In this document: positions 46,356 through 55,915 of the stretch, piece after piece
Position numbering within the stretch: position 1 is the first letter of the stretch
How the letters are laid out: the number at the start of each line of letters is the position of its first letter
NCBI GenBank assembly: GCA_964422035.1
Contig: CAYQZQ010000001.1
Coordinates: forward strand, 441,013-505,012
Reading direction: 5' to 3'
DNA: 64,000 bases
From: an uncultured Pseudomonadales bacterium
GTDB lineage: Bacteria; Patescibacteriota; Microgenomatia; UBA1400; Chazhemtobacteraceae
Program-made: the position numbers and the translations under genes
Notes under the pieces: model-generated
Seen by the model: only the letters and a program-made list of their open reading frames with translations
Databases searched by the model: none
What the model was told of the DNA's origin: nothing

Positions 46356-47243
46356 TTATTGTTGCAGATTAATTGGTTGATCAACAGGACCAAGAGGAAT
46401 TTGATCTTGGGGATCTTCTATAAAGAGGAAGACCACCAAGCCTTTGCGAGGGCCTTTGTGCAGATCAAGTGCTTTCATTGATTCTGGAGAGCCACCGAAT
46501 TGTTTACCTGTCCATTTGGCCGGACCGGCGTCAGCAATGGCGGTGATCACAGCCTGGCCGTTTTGTGGATTGACGATTAAGACTTTGCGGTATTTGTACC
46601 ATTCCCGCAGATGTCTGAAGTCTGAGTTCCAGTTAGGAAGATAGAGGGTTTGGGCAACTGAATAGTATTTTTCGCGCAGGTAGTCTTGGGTTGTAAACTG
46701 TTGTTGAGAGGGAGCAAAGTAGCCCCAAGCCCCAAGACCGGGAGCTATACCGGCAACTGATTCTTCATCGTGAAGCTCTATGTGATCAGAAGGGAAGCGT
46801 TTTAAGTGCTGTTCGTAACCGATGTAACCGATTTGGTGATTGAGTTTTTGACCCTCAAGCTGAGCTTTGACAGGGATACCGGTTGATTCTTTGATGGCTT
46901 GCTCAATTTTGCCGGCAGTGTCGTCATCAAGACTGGTGGGATAGTGGGGAACGATATCTTTGAGTTTATTTTGCAAAAGTTGCTCGAGGGATTTTTCCTG
47001 ATTGGCTTGAACGGGTTTGGGAGGAGGTTTTTGCACGGCAGGATTGGGTGAGAAAATCAAAGCTCCTGTCAAGCCGGCGGTAGCAAGTAATCGACGAGAT
47101 TTTTCTCTTAATTGATTGGCGACGAGGATATTTCTCTCTAGGTATTTTTTGGCTTGGTTACTGACACGCTTGAGGTCGTATTGGTATCGCTTTTGTCTTT
47201 TTTGAAGATTGTTTTCTATGGTATCAATAGAGGGCAGGTCCAT
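46356..47243 (-). CDS. Hypothetical protein with an RlpA/DPBB-like C-terminal motif
   Basis: VLIVNPQNGQAVITAIADAGP resembles the DPBB N.G..V...IxDRGP motif. Confidence 0.55.
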   Translation of the reverse strand: MDLPSIDTIENNLQKRQKRYQYDLKRVSNQAKKYLERNILVANQLREKSRRLLATAGLTGALIFSPNPAVQKPPPKPVQANQEKSLEQLLQNKLKDIVPHYPTSLDDDTAGKIEQAIKESTGIPVKAQLEGQKLNHQIGYIGYEQHLKRFPSDHIELHDEESVAGIAPGLGAWGYFAPSQQQFTTQDYLREKYYSVAQTLYLPNWNSDFRHLREWYKYRKVLIVNPQNGQAVITAIADAGPAKWTGKQFGGSPESMKALDLHKGPRKGLVVFLFIEDPQDQIPLGPVDQPINLQQ

Positions 47244-47246
47244 ATT

Positions 47247-48554
47247 TTATTTTAGTTTTTGTAATGCTGTGTCCAATCGATTAACAACCTCATCTTGGCC
47301 AATAATTTGAAGAGTCTCAAACAAAGGAGGAGTGGCCTTGCGGCCGGTGCTGGCAAGTCGAATGGTCATAAAAGCCTGACGGGGGCCCCAACCAGAGTCT
47401 GATTGGTACTCTCGCAGGGTTTTCTCGATTGACTTTTTGTTCCATTTTTTAATATCTTTAAGTTCTTTTTTAACAACAGTCAAAAACTGATGAGTGGTTT
47501 TAGAGCCAGTCTCGGATTGTTCCAAGAGGTCCTCTTTTGAATATTCTGGCAGCTCAAAGAAGATCAAACTTCTGTCCTGGACGTCTTTTAAGGTAACCAG
47601 GCGTTGTTTTATTAAAGGAGTGATCTGGCGTATTTTATCTTTTGGCCAGTTTTGGGGGACAAAATCCATAATGCGGTCTGTTAAGTCAGAGTCGTCAAGT
47701 TTTCTAATCCAGGCGCCATTGAAGTAATTGAGTTTTTCAATATCAAAAATGGCGTTTTGTTTTTGCAGTTTGTCGATGGAGAAGATTTTAATCATTTCTT
47801 TCATACTTAAAATGGAAGAGTTGTCTTGATATGAAAAACCTAGGAAAAAGAGGAAGTTATTGATAGCTTCAGGAAGGTAACCCTCGTCTTTATACTGCAA
47901 AACGGACTTGGCACCGTGACGCTTTGACAATTTGCTTTTATCAGGTCCCAAAAGTAGTGGCACGTGCATCAGTTTGGGCATATCCCAACCCAGAGCATCA
48001 TAGATGCGGATGTGAACTGGGGTTGATGAAATCCATTCTACGCCGCGGATAATGTGGGTGATGTTCATTAGATGATCGTCGACCATGGCGGCTAAGTGAT
48101 AGGTGGGGATACCGTTTGACTTGACTAGAACTTTGTCGTCAACTTGCTCGTTGGGTATTTTTATTTCGCCTTGGATAAGATCCTCAAAAACAGTCTCCCC
48201 TTCTTGGGGCATTTTGATGCGGAGAGCACCTTCGTCTTTATAGGCGGCGTCTTTATCGATCAATTGTTGGGCTACTTTTTGGTAGTGTTCAAGGCGCTTG
48301 GTTTGAACATAGGGACTGTTGGGACCACCTTGTTGAGGACCTTGATCGGGAGTTAACCTTAGAAAATCCAGACTTTGGTATATAGCCGGCAGAGAACCTT
48401 CCACATAGCGTTTTTTATCGGTGTCTTCGATACGTAAGATGAAGTCTCCGTTGTTTTTTTTGGCCAGTAGATAATCAAAAAGGGCTGTTCTTATAGTGCC
48501 GATATGGGGTATGCCGGTAGGAGATGGAGCCAGACGTGTTCTTACTTTACTCAT
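47247..48554 (-). CDS. gltX: Glutamate--tRNA ligase
   Basis: APSPTG..HIG, LRIEDTD, IIRGVEW, KLSKR. Confidence 0.97.
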   Translation of the reverse strand: MSKVRTRLAPSPTGIPHIGTIRTALFDYLLAKKNNGDFILRIEDTDKKRYVEGSLPAIYQSLDFLRLTPDQGPQQGGPNSPYVQTKRLEHYQKVAQQLIDKDAAYKDEGALRIKMPQEGETVFEDLIQGEIKIPNEQVDDKVLVKSNGIPTYHLAAMVDDHLMNITHIIRGVEWISSTPVHIRIYDALGWDMPKLMHVPLLLGPDKSKLSKRHGAKSVLQYKDEGYLPEAINNFLFFLGFSYQDNSSILSMKEMIKIFSIDKLQKQNAIFDIEKLNYFNGAWIRKLDDSDLTDRIMDFVPQNWPKDKIRQITPLIKQRLVTLKDVQDRSLIFFELPEYSKEDLLEQSETGSKTTHQFLTVVKKELKDIKKWNKKSIEKTLREYQSDSGWGPRQAFMTIRLASTGRKATPPLFETLQIIGQDEVVNRLDTALQKLK

Positions 48555-48626
48555 GCATATATTATAACTGTAATTAGGGTCAGGCTAAAAGTAGAGACAG
48601 ATTTAAGCTATACTTAAGTTAAAGAT

Positions 48627-49691
48627 ATGCCTAATTTAACAGAAACAGCTCATAAAGCCAGACAGGTAGTTAAGTTTGGCGGTTTTGGTTTTGCGGGTTT
48701 ACTATTTATCTGGTTGGTGGGAAGTAACGCCATTAGAATATGGCGGATAATTAACCCTGCTCCACCTCCTCCACCATCGGAAAACTTTGGAAGACTGGAG
48801 CCGATTAATTTTCCGGAATCAAAGGAACTTAGATATGACTTGCAGACTCCGACCGGAGAGATTGAAGAATTTACGACTCAGATAAAGGTATTTTATTCTC
48901 CTGCTTTAAGAAGCAGATTTTTAGATGTTGAGAGGGCAATAGAGCTGGCAAGAATGTTAGGATTTCTCTTTGAACCGGAGCACCCTACTGAAGGAACTTT
49001 CCGTTGGCAGAAAGACAGCCCTGTGCCGATGACTCTGGAAGTTGAGCTAGCAACTACTAATTTCAGTTTGAATAAGCAGTGGCAAGCGGAGCCAAAACTT
49101 TTACAAAAAAAACGATTTATTTCTGACCAGCAATCAATCATTGACGCCCAGTCGTTTTTGAGAGCGGCAGGAGTGATGAAGAATGACTTATCGGGCAATG
49201 AGAAGGTAAGCTACTATAAAGCCAGCAACAAACAACTAACCAACGCTTTGTCCTTAAGTGAAGCAGATTTTGTAAGAGTGGATTTTTTCAGGCAGACATA
49301 CCAGGAGTTGGATGAAAATGATGAAGTAATAGTCGAGCATGAGTTTTACTCGATTACACCGGATCAGGGTTTGGTCTGGGTGATGTTGTCAGGAAGCCGT
49401 GAGACTGATCTTAAGGTAATAAAGACTGAGTATGACTACCGCCCGGTTGAGTATAGTGAGAGCGGAACATATGGCCTTAAGAGCGCTCAACAGGCCTGGG
49501 AGGATCTGCAGAGCGGTGAGGGATATGTAGCTAGATACAACGGGGTAGGGACCGCTGTAGTGAGGAGAGTGAAACTGGGATACCTAGAACCGTTGGAGGG
49601 ATCTGAATACGTAAAACCTGTTTATGTCTTTACTGGAGACGAGGGATTGATTGCTTATGTTTCAGCTTTGGAAGAGGAAGAGGAAGAGTAG
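48627..49691 (+). CDS. Hypothetical membrane-anchored protein
   Basis: N-terminal TM segment, Pro run, PVYVFTG C-terminal motif. Confidence 0.65.
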   Translation: MPNLTETAHKARQVVKFGGFGFAGLLFIWLVGSNAIRIWRIINPAPPPPPSENFGRLEPINFPESKELRYDLQTPTGEIEEFTTQIKVFYSPALRSRFLDVERAIELARMLGFLFEPEHPTEGTFRWQKDSPVPMTLEVELATTNFSLNKQWQAEPKLLQKKRFISDQQSIIDAQSFLRAAGVMKNDLSGNEKVSYYKASNKQLTNALSLSEADFVRVDFFRQTYQELDENDEVIVEHEFYSITPDQGLVWVMLSGSRETDLKVIKTEYDYRPVEYSESGTYGLKSAQQAWEDLQSGEGYVARYNGVGTAVVRRVKLGYLEPLEGSEYVKPVYVFTGDEGLIAYVSALEEEEEE

Positions 49692-50690
49692 TTAATCTTT
49701 TTTCCATTGATGATTGTCTAGAGCCCAGTTGATGAGAAGTTTTGATTCGCCGAAGCGATCTTGTGAGTCTAAAACTACGGTAATTAAGTGATGGTCACTA
49801 TCTATGAAGGTAACCAGACACTCGCCAGCTTTCTGAGTCCAACCAGTTTTGACTCCTTTTAGTCCGGGAATTTGACCTAGTAGTTGATTGGTGGTGGATA
49901 GATAATAACTTTTATCATTGGAGACATCAGAGATGGTGATATTTTCTGTGGAGACAATCTTGGAGAAAAGAGCATTGTGCAGAGCGTGCTTGGTTAGAAT
50001 GGCCAGATCATGGACAGTGCTGTAGTGATCGATTGACTCGATACCGGAGACATTACTGTAGTTAGTATTGGTCATCCCCAGCTGACGTGCTTTCTGATTC
50101 ATCTTGAAGACAAAGCCAGAGTAACCTTGGGGATGATTTTCAGCTAGGGTGAGGGCCACGTCATTACCGGAGGAAACCAGCAGGGCATAAAGTAGATCGT
50201 GGAGGGTAAACTGGGCATCGACGGGAAGCATAAGAGAGTTGCCTATAGCTTGGGGACCATCTGTAATGGTAATAACATCGGACAAGGAGTAAGTGTCCAT
50301 GGCTACCAGCGCCGTCATTATCTTGGTGGTTGAGGCCGGCATAAGACGAGTATTGGCTTTTTTCTCAAACAAAACAGTACCGGAATCAGGATCGAAAACA
50401 TAAGCAGCACGGGCAGAGAGATCAGGAGCGGAAGCACCAACCAAAATAGGAATTGGGTGCTCTTGTATGGAAACGTGAGTAGCTTTGACTTTGGGAGGCT
50501 GGGGATTAAAAACTTTTGTTTGGTAGTAATTTTGACCGGGGTATGCCAGAAAGATAAACAAGAGACTGACAACACCTATCTTGGGATATAGGGGAAGTTG
50601 TTTGATTTCTTTTTGAAATCTTAAAAGATGAAAGTAGGTTTTTTTATATGTCCAGGAAAGTTTATTTACAAAGTTAAATGAGCTAGTCAT
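49692..50690 (-). CDS. D-alanyl-D-alanine carboxypeptidase (peptidase S11)
   Basis: ASTTK (SxxK), SGN, KTG. Confidence 0.93.
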   Translation of the reverse strand: MTSSFNFVNKLSWTYKKTYFHLLRFQKEIKQLPLYPKIGVVSLLFIFLAYPGQNYYQTKVFNPQPPKVKATHVSIQEHPIPILVGASAPDLSARAAYVFDPDSGTVLFEKKANTRLMPASTTKIMTALVAMDTYSLSDVITITDGPQAIGNSLMLPVDAQFTLHDLLYALLVSSGNDVALTLAENHPQGYSGFVFKMNQKARQLGMTNTNYSNVSGIESIDHYSTVHDLAILTKHALHNALFSKIVSTENITISDVSNDKSYYLSTTNQLLGQIPGLKGVKTGWTQKAGECLVTFIDSDHHLITVVLDSQDRFGESKLLINWALDNHQWKKD

Positions 50691-52089
50691 TTTTCTCTTC
50701 GACTACTTTGAGGCTTAGTTCTTTGAGTTGTTTTTGACTAGCGGGGGAAGGTGCGTCCATGACGGCAGTGTTGCCGGTGCCGGTTGTGGGGAAGGCCATG
50801 GTCTCACGAACTGAGGGCTCACCTAACAGAGCCATTAGGAATCTGTCCAGACCAGGGGCTATACCACCGTGAGGGGGAACGCCGTACTGGAAGGCTTTGA
50901 GAAGATGTTCAAATTCTTGGCGTTGCTTTTGTTTAAGACCAATTAATTCAAAGATTTTTTCTTGTAGATCGGGTTGATGAATTCTGATGGAACCACCACC
51001 GACTTCTAGTCCATTTAGAACCATGTCGTGTTGAAGGCCGCGTACTTTTAGTGGTGAGGAGTCTAGAAGCTCAATATCCTGTGGGTGTGGAGCGGTAAAC
51101 ATATGGTGTGAGGGGGCCAGCTTGGCTTCTCCTAAACCGTAGAAGTAGTCATCTTTGGTTTGCTGGGCAAATAAAGGAAAGTCAATTATCCAGGCGAAGG
51201 CCAATTGGTTGGGATCGTCTTTATCTTCTCTTAAGTCTGGCTTGTCTGAACCATATTTTTCGATAGCTTCTTGATGAGAAATGCGGGGCCAGGGGGACTG
51301 TTGAATCTTTTTGTGAGGGAAAACTTCCTTAACCAGTTGAGTGAATAGTTGTTCAGTAATTTGAAGTATGTCTTCCTGATCAACGAAACTTAGCTCCATA
51401 TCAAGCTGAGTAAACTCACCGTAGGCCCGATCCGCGCGGGGGTCTTCATCTCTGAAGCAACGGGCAAACTGAAAATAGCGCTCAAAACCAGCTACCATTA
51501 AAAGTTGTTTGTACTGTTGAGGACTTTGAGGTAAAGCGTAGAAGTTACCGGGCTGAAGGCGAGAGGGAACCAGAAAGTCTCGAGCCCCTTCGGGGGTAGT
51601 TTTGGTCAGAATCGGGGTGTCTATCTCGACAAAATCTTTATCTACCAGCCAGTTTCTGATGTAGGTAGTAACCTGGGATCTGAGGCGCATGTTTTGAGTC
51701 AAGCGAGGGCGGCGTAGATCCAGATAACGATGTTTTAGTCTGACGTCTTCGTTAATGTCGTAGCCGGAGGAAGAGATTGGTAAAGGTAGCTCCTGAGAAG
51801 CAGAAAGAAGTTTAACGTCTTTTAAATCAAGCTCGACTGCGCCGGTGTCTATGTCAGGATTAACTAGGTTTTCAGGTCGTTTTTTTACTTTGCCAGTAAC
51901 TTCAATTACTGACTCAATACGTAAAGAAGAAAGCTTATCACCCTGGCCTACTACCTGAATGATGCCGGTGCGATCTTTTAGATCAATAAAAGTTATTTTT
52001 CCGTGATCGCGTCGGGAATGAACCCAGCCTTTTAGAGTAACTTTGTTTCCTACTTTATCTGGGGTTTTTTTAATTAGTGTTCGGGGCAT
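50683..52089 (-). CDS. aspS: Aspartate--tRNA ligase, short and probably non-discriminating
   Basis: RRDHG, EGARDFLVPSR, LPQSPQ, FRDED, PHGGIAPGLDR; insertion domain absent. Confidence 0.95.
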   Translation of the reverse strand: MPRTLIKKTPDKVGNKVTLKGWVHSRRDHGKITFIDLKDRTGIIQVVGQGDKLSSLRIESVIEVTGKVKKRPENLVNPDIDTGAVELDLKDVKLLSASQELPLPISSSGYDINEDVRLKHRYLDLRRPRLTQNMRLRSQVTTYIRNWLVDKDFVEIDTPILTKTTPEGARDFLVPSRLQPGNFYALPQSPQQYKQLLMVAGFERYFQFARCFRDEDPRADRAYGEFTQLDMELSFVDQEDILQITEQLFTQLVKEVFPHKKIQQSPWPRISHQEAIEKYGSDKPDLREDKDDPNQLAFAWIIDFPLFAQQTKDDYFYGLGEAKLAPSHHMFTAPHPQDIELLDSSPLKVRGLQHDMVLNGLEVGGGSIRIHQPDLQEKIFELIGLKQKQRQEFEHLLKAFQYGVPPHGGIAPGLDRFLMALLGEPSVRETMAFPTTGTGNTAVMDAPSPASQKQLKELSLKVVEEKND

Positions 52090-52126
52090 AACGATATTGT
52101 AATAAATATATCAGAAAAAGATAGGT

Positions 52127-53599
52127 CTATTTAATGTTGAGACGCTTTTTAATCATCTTGCGAGCACGCCTGGTTTTAACAAACTGCAACCAGTCACGAG
52201 CTGGTTCTCTTATCTGCTTTGTTTTGATTATTTCGATCATGTCGCCTGATTTTAGAGGATGGTCTAGAGAAACCATCTTGCCGTTTACTTTTGCACCCTG
52301 GATATGATTAATCAATTGAGTGTGAACGGCGTAAGCAAAGTCAACCGGAGTGGCCTGGGCAGGCAAGTCATAGACGTCACCTAAAGGTGAGAAGACATAG
52401 ATGCGCTCTGTAAGAGCGTCGAGTTTTAGGTCGGTGACAAATTCCTCGGAGTCTTGGACTTCTTTTTGCCAAGTGGCCAGTTCTTTCACCCAAGACATTT
52501 TGCCTGACAGAGAAAAGACCTCCCCTTTTTGAAGTTTTTTGTCAGAAGCTCCACCAGACTTGGCTTCAGCATAGGCAAAGTGAGCGGCGGCACCAAATTC
52601 AGCATGATGATGCATTTTCTCGGTTCTGATCTGGATCTCGATGATACGACCGTTGTGGTCAAAAATTTTTGTATGAATCGATTGGTAGCCGTTTGGTTTG
52701 GGTTGGGCGATAAAATCAGAAACTCCCAGATGCGGAGCGGGCTTCCAGTAGTCATGAATTATTCCCAGTGATGCATAGCAATCGGCTTTGTTTTCTGTAA
52801 TGACACGCAAAGCAACCAGGTCGTGTATCTTTTCGATGTCTTTATTGATTTCTGGTCTTAAAAGTTTTTTGTATAAAGAATATTTATGTTTGGCTCGACC
52901 GTGAACGATGGCTTGAACTTGGTTTTTTTGTAGTTGTTTTTTAAGTTGTTTAATGGCTTTATCTGTTAGTTTTTGAGTGTGTTTTAAGTGAGGGTCAGCT
53001 AGTTTTGTAAGCCAGTCGTGCTCTTGGGGTAAAACGTAAGGGAAAGCCAGATCTTCAAGTTCTCCTTTGATCTGGCCCATGCCTAAACGTTCAGCCAAGG
53101 GAGCGTAAACCTCCAGAGTTTCTTGGGCTATGCGCTCTTGCTTGAGCAGGGGAACTGCATCAAGGGTGCGCATATTGTGAAGACGGTCGGCTAGACGAAT
53201 TATGATTACGCGGATATCTTTGGCCATGGCTACAAACATCTTGCGCAGATTTTCAACAAAGTCTTTATCTGTCTTATTGCGTAGTTTTACCTGACCTACT
53301 TTGGTAACTCCGTCTACTAAGAAAGCTACTTCTTTACCGAATTCTTTTTCGATTTCAGCTAAGGTAACGTGGGTGTCCTCAATGGTATCGTGTAGTAGGG
53401 CAGCCTCCATGATGGTCTGGTCAAGATGCCAGGAAGAGAGGATGCTAGCCACTTTTAAGGGATGGATTATGTAGTCTTCTCCAGTGTAGCGCTTTTGATG
53501 ACGATGAGCATAGTCAGCAAAGTCATAGGCTTTTTTAAGGCGCTTTAGATCTAAGTTGGAATCGGCAGGGATGGAGTCGCGAAAATCTTGCCAGGTCAT
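52127..53599 (-). CDS. rel: RelA/SpoT (p)ppGpp synthetase/hydrolase (HD, synthetase and TGS domains; no ACT)
   Basis: LLHDTIEDT, ADRLHNMRTL, PKPNGYQSIHT, EIQIRT, TPVDFAY. Confidence 0.93.
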   Translation of the reverse strand: MTWQDFRDSIPADSNLDLKRLKKAYDFADYAHRHQKRYTGEDYIIHPLKVASILSSWHLDQTIMEAALLHDTIEDTHVTLAEIEKEFGKEVAFLVDGVTKVGQVKLRNKTDKDFVENLRKMFVAMAKDIRVIIIRLADRLHNMRTLDAVPLLKQERIAQETLEVYAPLAERLGMGQIKGELEDLAFPYVLPQEHDWLTKLADPHLKHTQKLTDKAIKQLKKQLQKNQVQAIVHGRAKHKYSLYKKLLRPEINKDIEKIHDLVALRVITENKADCYASLGIIHDYWKPAPHLGVSDFIAQPKPNGYQSIHTKIFDHNGRIIEIQIRTEKMHHHAEFGAAAHFAYAEAKSGGASDKKLQKGEVFSLSGKMSWVKELATWQKEVQDSEEFVTDLKLDALTERIYVFSPLGDVYDLPAQATPVDFAYAVHTQLINHIQGAKVNGKMVSLDHPLKSGDMIEIIKTKQIREPARDWLQFVKTRRARKMIKKRLNIK

Positions 53600-53678
53600 A
53601 ATTTATTATATCGCGGTCAAGATTATAAACTTACCAGAAATTAAGCTGCTGAAAATTGAAAGGTGAGAAGAAAAAGAG

Positions 53679-54182
53679 TTAGACATTGGGATGGAGGGGA
53701 GGACTTTGGGGAAGCTGACCCTTTTTCATTCTCTCTTGATCCTCTGGAGTCCAGGCCTCTTGAGGTACTCCACCTCCTTTGGGGCCTGAAGATTGCTTAA
53801 GGGCGGAAGCTGCTTTTCTTAAGGGGAGATTGGGGAATTCCTCATAGGTGTGACCAGCTGGAGGTTGGTTGTGCTCTATCTGAACGGCAATCTGGCGGGA
53901 CCGAGCTTGAAAAGCTTGGAAGGGATGGGTAAGAGAGAAAAGGAGATTATCTAGATCAGCTTTAGACTCTTTTGGCTGGACAGAATCAGGTTGAGAATAA
54001 ATTTCGGAGGCTGAAACCTGGTCAAGTTGCTTAATTAAACGACGAGCTTTAGGATGGCCACCTATAGCAATGCGGGAAAGTTTATCACCGGCAGCTTGGT
54101 CACCGGAGAGGGCTCTTTCTAATAATTCTTGCACTTGAGACTGAGCAGAAGCCTCATGTTTACCAGACTCAAATCTTTCCAT
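53679..54182 (-). CDS. Hypothetical protein
   Basis: 167-aa ORF with its own -10-like box; no motif recognised. Confidence 0.5.
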   Translation of the reverse strand: MERFESGKHEASAQSQVQELLERALSGDQAAGDKLSRIAIGGHPKARRLIKQLDQVSASEIYSQPDSVQPKESKADLDNLLFSLTHPFQAFQARSRQIAVQIEHNQPPAGHTYEEFPNLPLRKAASALKQSSGPKGGGVPQEAWTPEDQERMKKGQLPQSPPLHPNV

Positions 54183-54226
54183 GATGCGGTGATTGTATCA
54201 TAAGCTGGCTTTATAAGTCTAACTAC

Positions 54227-55876
54227 TCAAGCTTTAGCCTTGACATCCTTGAGATTTAGCTGCAGGCTGGTGCGTCCTTGAAAGGTGTTTTTTTGTAAAA
54301 CATAAGCCAGGTGAGGCTCGTCAATGGATTTTAGGAGATCTTTTTTGTCGGCCTGGTAGAAACCGATGGCATCTAGATCGTGATAAGGACGTTTAAGAGA
54401 AATTTTAAGATGATTTTTGTCTGAGCCAACTAGACGGAAGTTAGCAACAGGAAGCTGGCTGGCAAAAACAGGCCGAGGGTTGCCGATACCAAAGGGAGAG
54501 AGAGCTTCAATCATTTTTAGAGTGTCAAAGGTTAAATCATCCGGGGAGAGCTGGACTTCAATGGATAGAGCTTTTTTGAAAAGCTGGGGATCAATTTTTT
54601 GGGCAGACTCAAGAAGTGCTTCTTTGACGGAAGGAAGTTGATCAACAGTGGTTGAAAGGCCGGCTGCTTGGGAGTGCCCCCCAAAAGAGGTTAAAAATTG
54701 CTCGGCTGAGGAGATCAGTTGGGTGATGTTAACTCCTGAAATAGAGCGGGCAGAACCTTTGGCTTGTCCGTCTTGTAAAGAAACAACCAAGGAAGGACGA
54801 TGAAAGCGTTCAGTCAGTTTGGCGGCAATCAGGCCAATGATACCCTCATGAAACTGAGAGCTGGCTGCCAGAAGAATAGGAGGAAGCTGAGGTAGTTTGG
54901 TAAATTGAGAGATGGTCTGACGAGTATGAGTGGTGGTTAGGTCTTGTCTTTGCTTGTTTAGCTGATCAAGTTCTTGAGCGATCTTTTTGGCACGGGTGGG
55001 ATTAGTGGTAGTTAGTAGGCGCAGAGCCTTAAGGCCATGATCCAGTCGACCAGAGGCATTAATGCGAGGACCTAAGACAAAGCCCAAGTGATAGGTTTGT
55101 ATTGTTTGAGGATCAACAGCTGATACCCGGCATAAGGCCTTTAAACCTGAGTTGTCGGTATGGCGTAGCTTTTTTAGACCGGCCTTTACTATCATTCTGT
55201 TGACACCGATTAAAGGTAGTACATCACAGACTGTCCCCAGAGCGGCCAGATCCAAGTGATCAGTTTTTTGAGAGAGGCTTGAGGCAAGCAACCAAGCAAT
55301 AGCAGATCCAGAAGTGTGAGTTGAGTGGACGATGCTTTGGGCGAGGGGAAATTTTTGGGGCGGCTGGTGATGGTCAGTGATAATCAGATCAGCGGGAGAG
55401 TCTTTGATATCTCGGGCAATTTTTTGACTACTGATGCCGTTGTCGACGGTGATGATTAAGGGATCATCTTGATCAAAAAGCTTTAAAGCGTCATCAAGAC
55501 CAGATTGGTTTAAGCCATAGCCGTGTTTTTCTCGATGAGGTATGAATGGCAAGGCTTTACCACCTAGATGGTAGATTGTCTGCCAAAGAATGGCGGTGGC
55601 GGCGATACCATCAGCGTCATAGTCGCCGTAGATGATGATTACTCGCTTTTTTTTAATGGCCTGTTTTATGTGTTTAACGGCTTTCTTAAGCTGGTCTTGA
55701 TCAAGATCTGGCAGATGTTTTACCACTGTCTTGGGTGTCGGTTGAGGAGGATTGAGAAAAAATTCTTTGTCAGAGTCGGATTTTAGGCCACGATTGGCCA
55801 AAAGCAAATCCTCAAGCTCATCAAGGCGAGCTTTGGGGTCATCTTTGGTTAGTTTATGTTTAAGTTTCCAACGCAT
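54227..55876 (-). CDS. recJ: ssDNA exonuclease RecJ
   Basis: GDYDADG, TVDNG, TDHH, PRINASGR, GSARS, GGHSQAAG. Confidence 0.95.
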   Translation of the reverse strand: MRWKLKHKLTKDDPKARLDELEDLLLANRGLKSDSDKEFFLNPPQPTPKTVVKHLPDLDQDQLKKAVKHIKQAIKKKRVIIIYGDYDADGIAATAILWQTIYHLGGKALPFIPHREKHGYGLNQSGLDDALKLFDQDDPLIITVDNGISSQKIARDIKDSPADLIITDHHQPPQKFPLAQSIVHSTHTSGSAIAWLLASSLSQKTDHLDLAALGTVCDVLPLIGVNRMIVKAGLKKLRHTDNSGLKALCRVSAVDPQTIQTYHLGFVLGPRINASGRLDHGLKALRLLTTTNPTRAKKIAQELDQLNKQRQDLTTTHTRQTISQFTKLPQLPPILLAASSQFHEGIIGLIAAKLTERFHRPSLVVSLQDGQAKGSARSISGVNITQLISSAEQFLTSFGGHSQAAGLSTTVDQLPSVKEALLESAQKIDPQLFKKALSIEVQLSPDDLTFDTLKMIEALSPFGIGNPRPVFASQLPVANFRLVGSDKNHLKISLKRPYHDLDAIGFYQADKKDLLKSIDEPHLAYVLQKNTFQGRTSLQLNLKDVKAKA

Positions 55877-55915
55877 GGTATTCTCAGTATACCCGCGGTG
55901 GTTTAAAATTAAAGT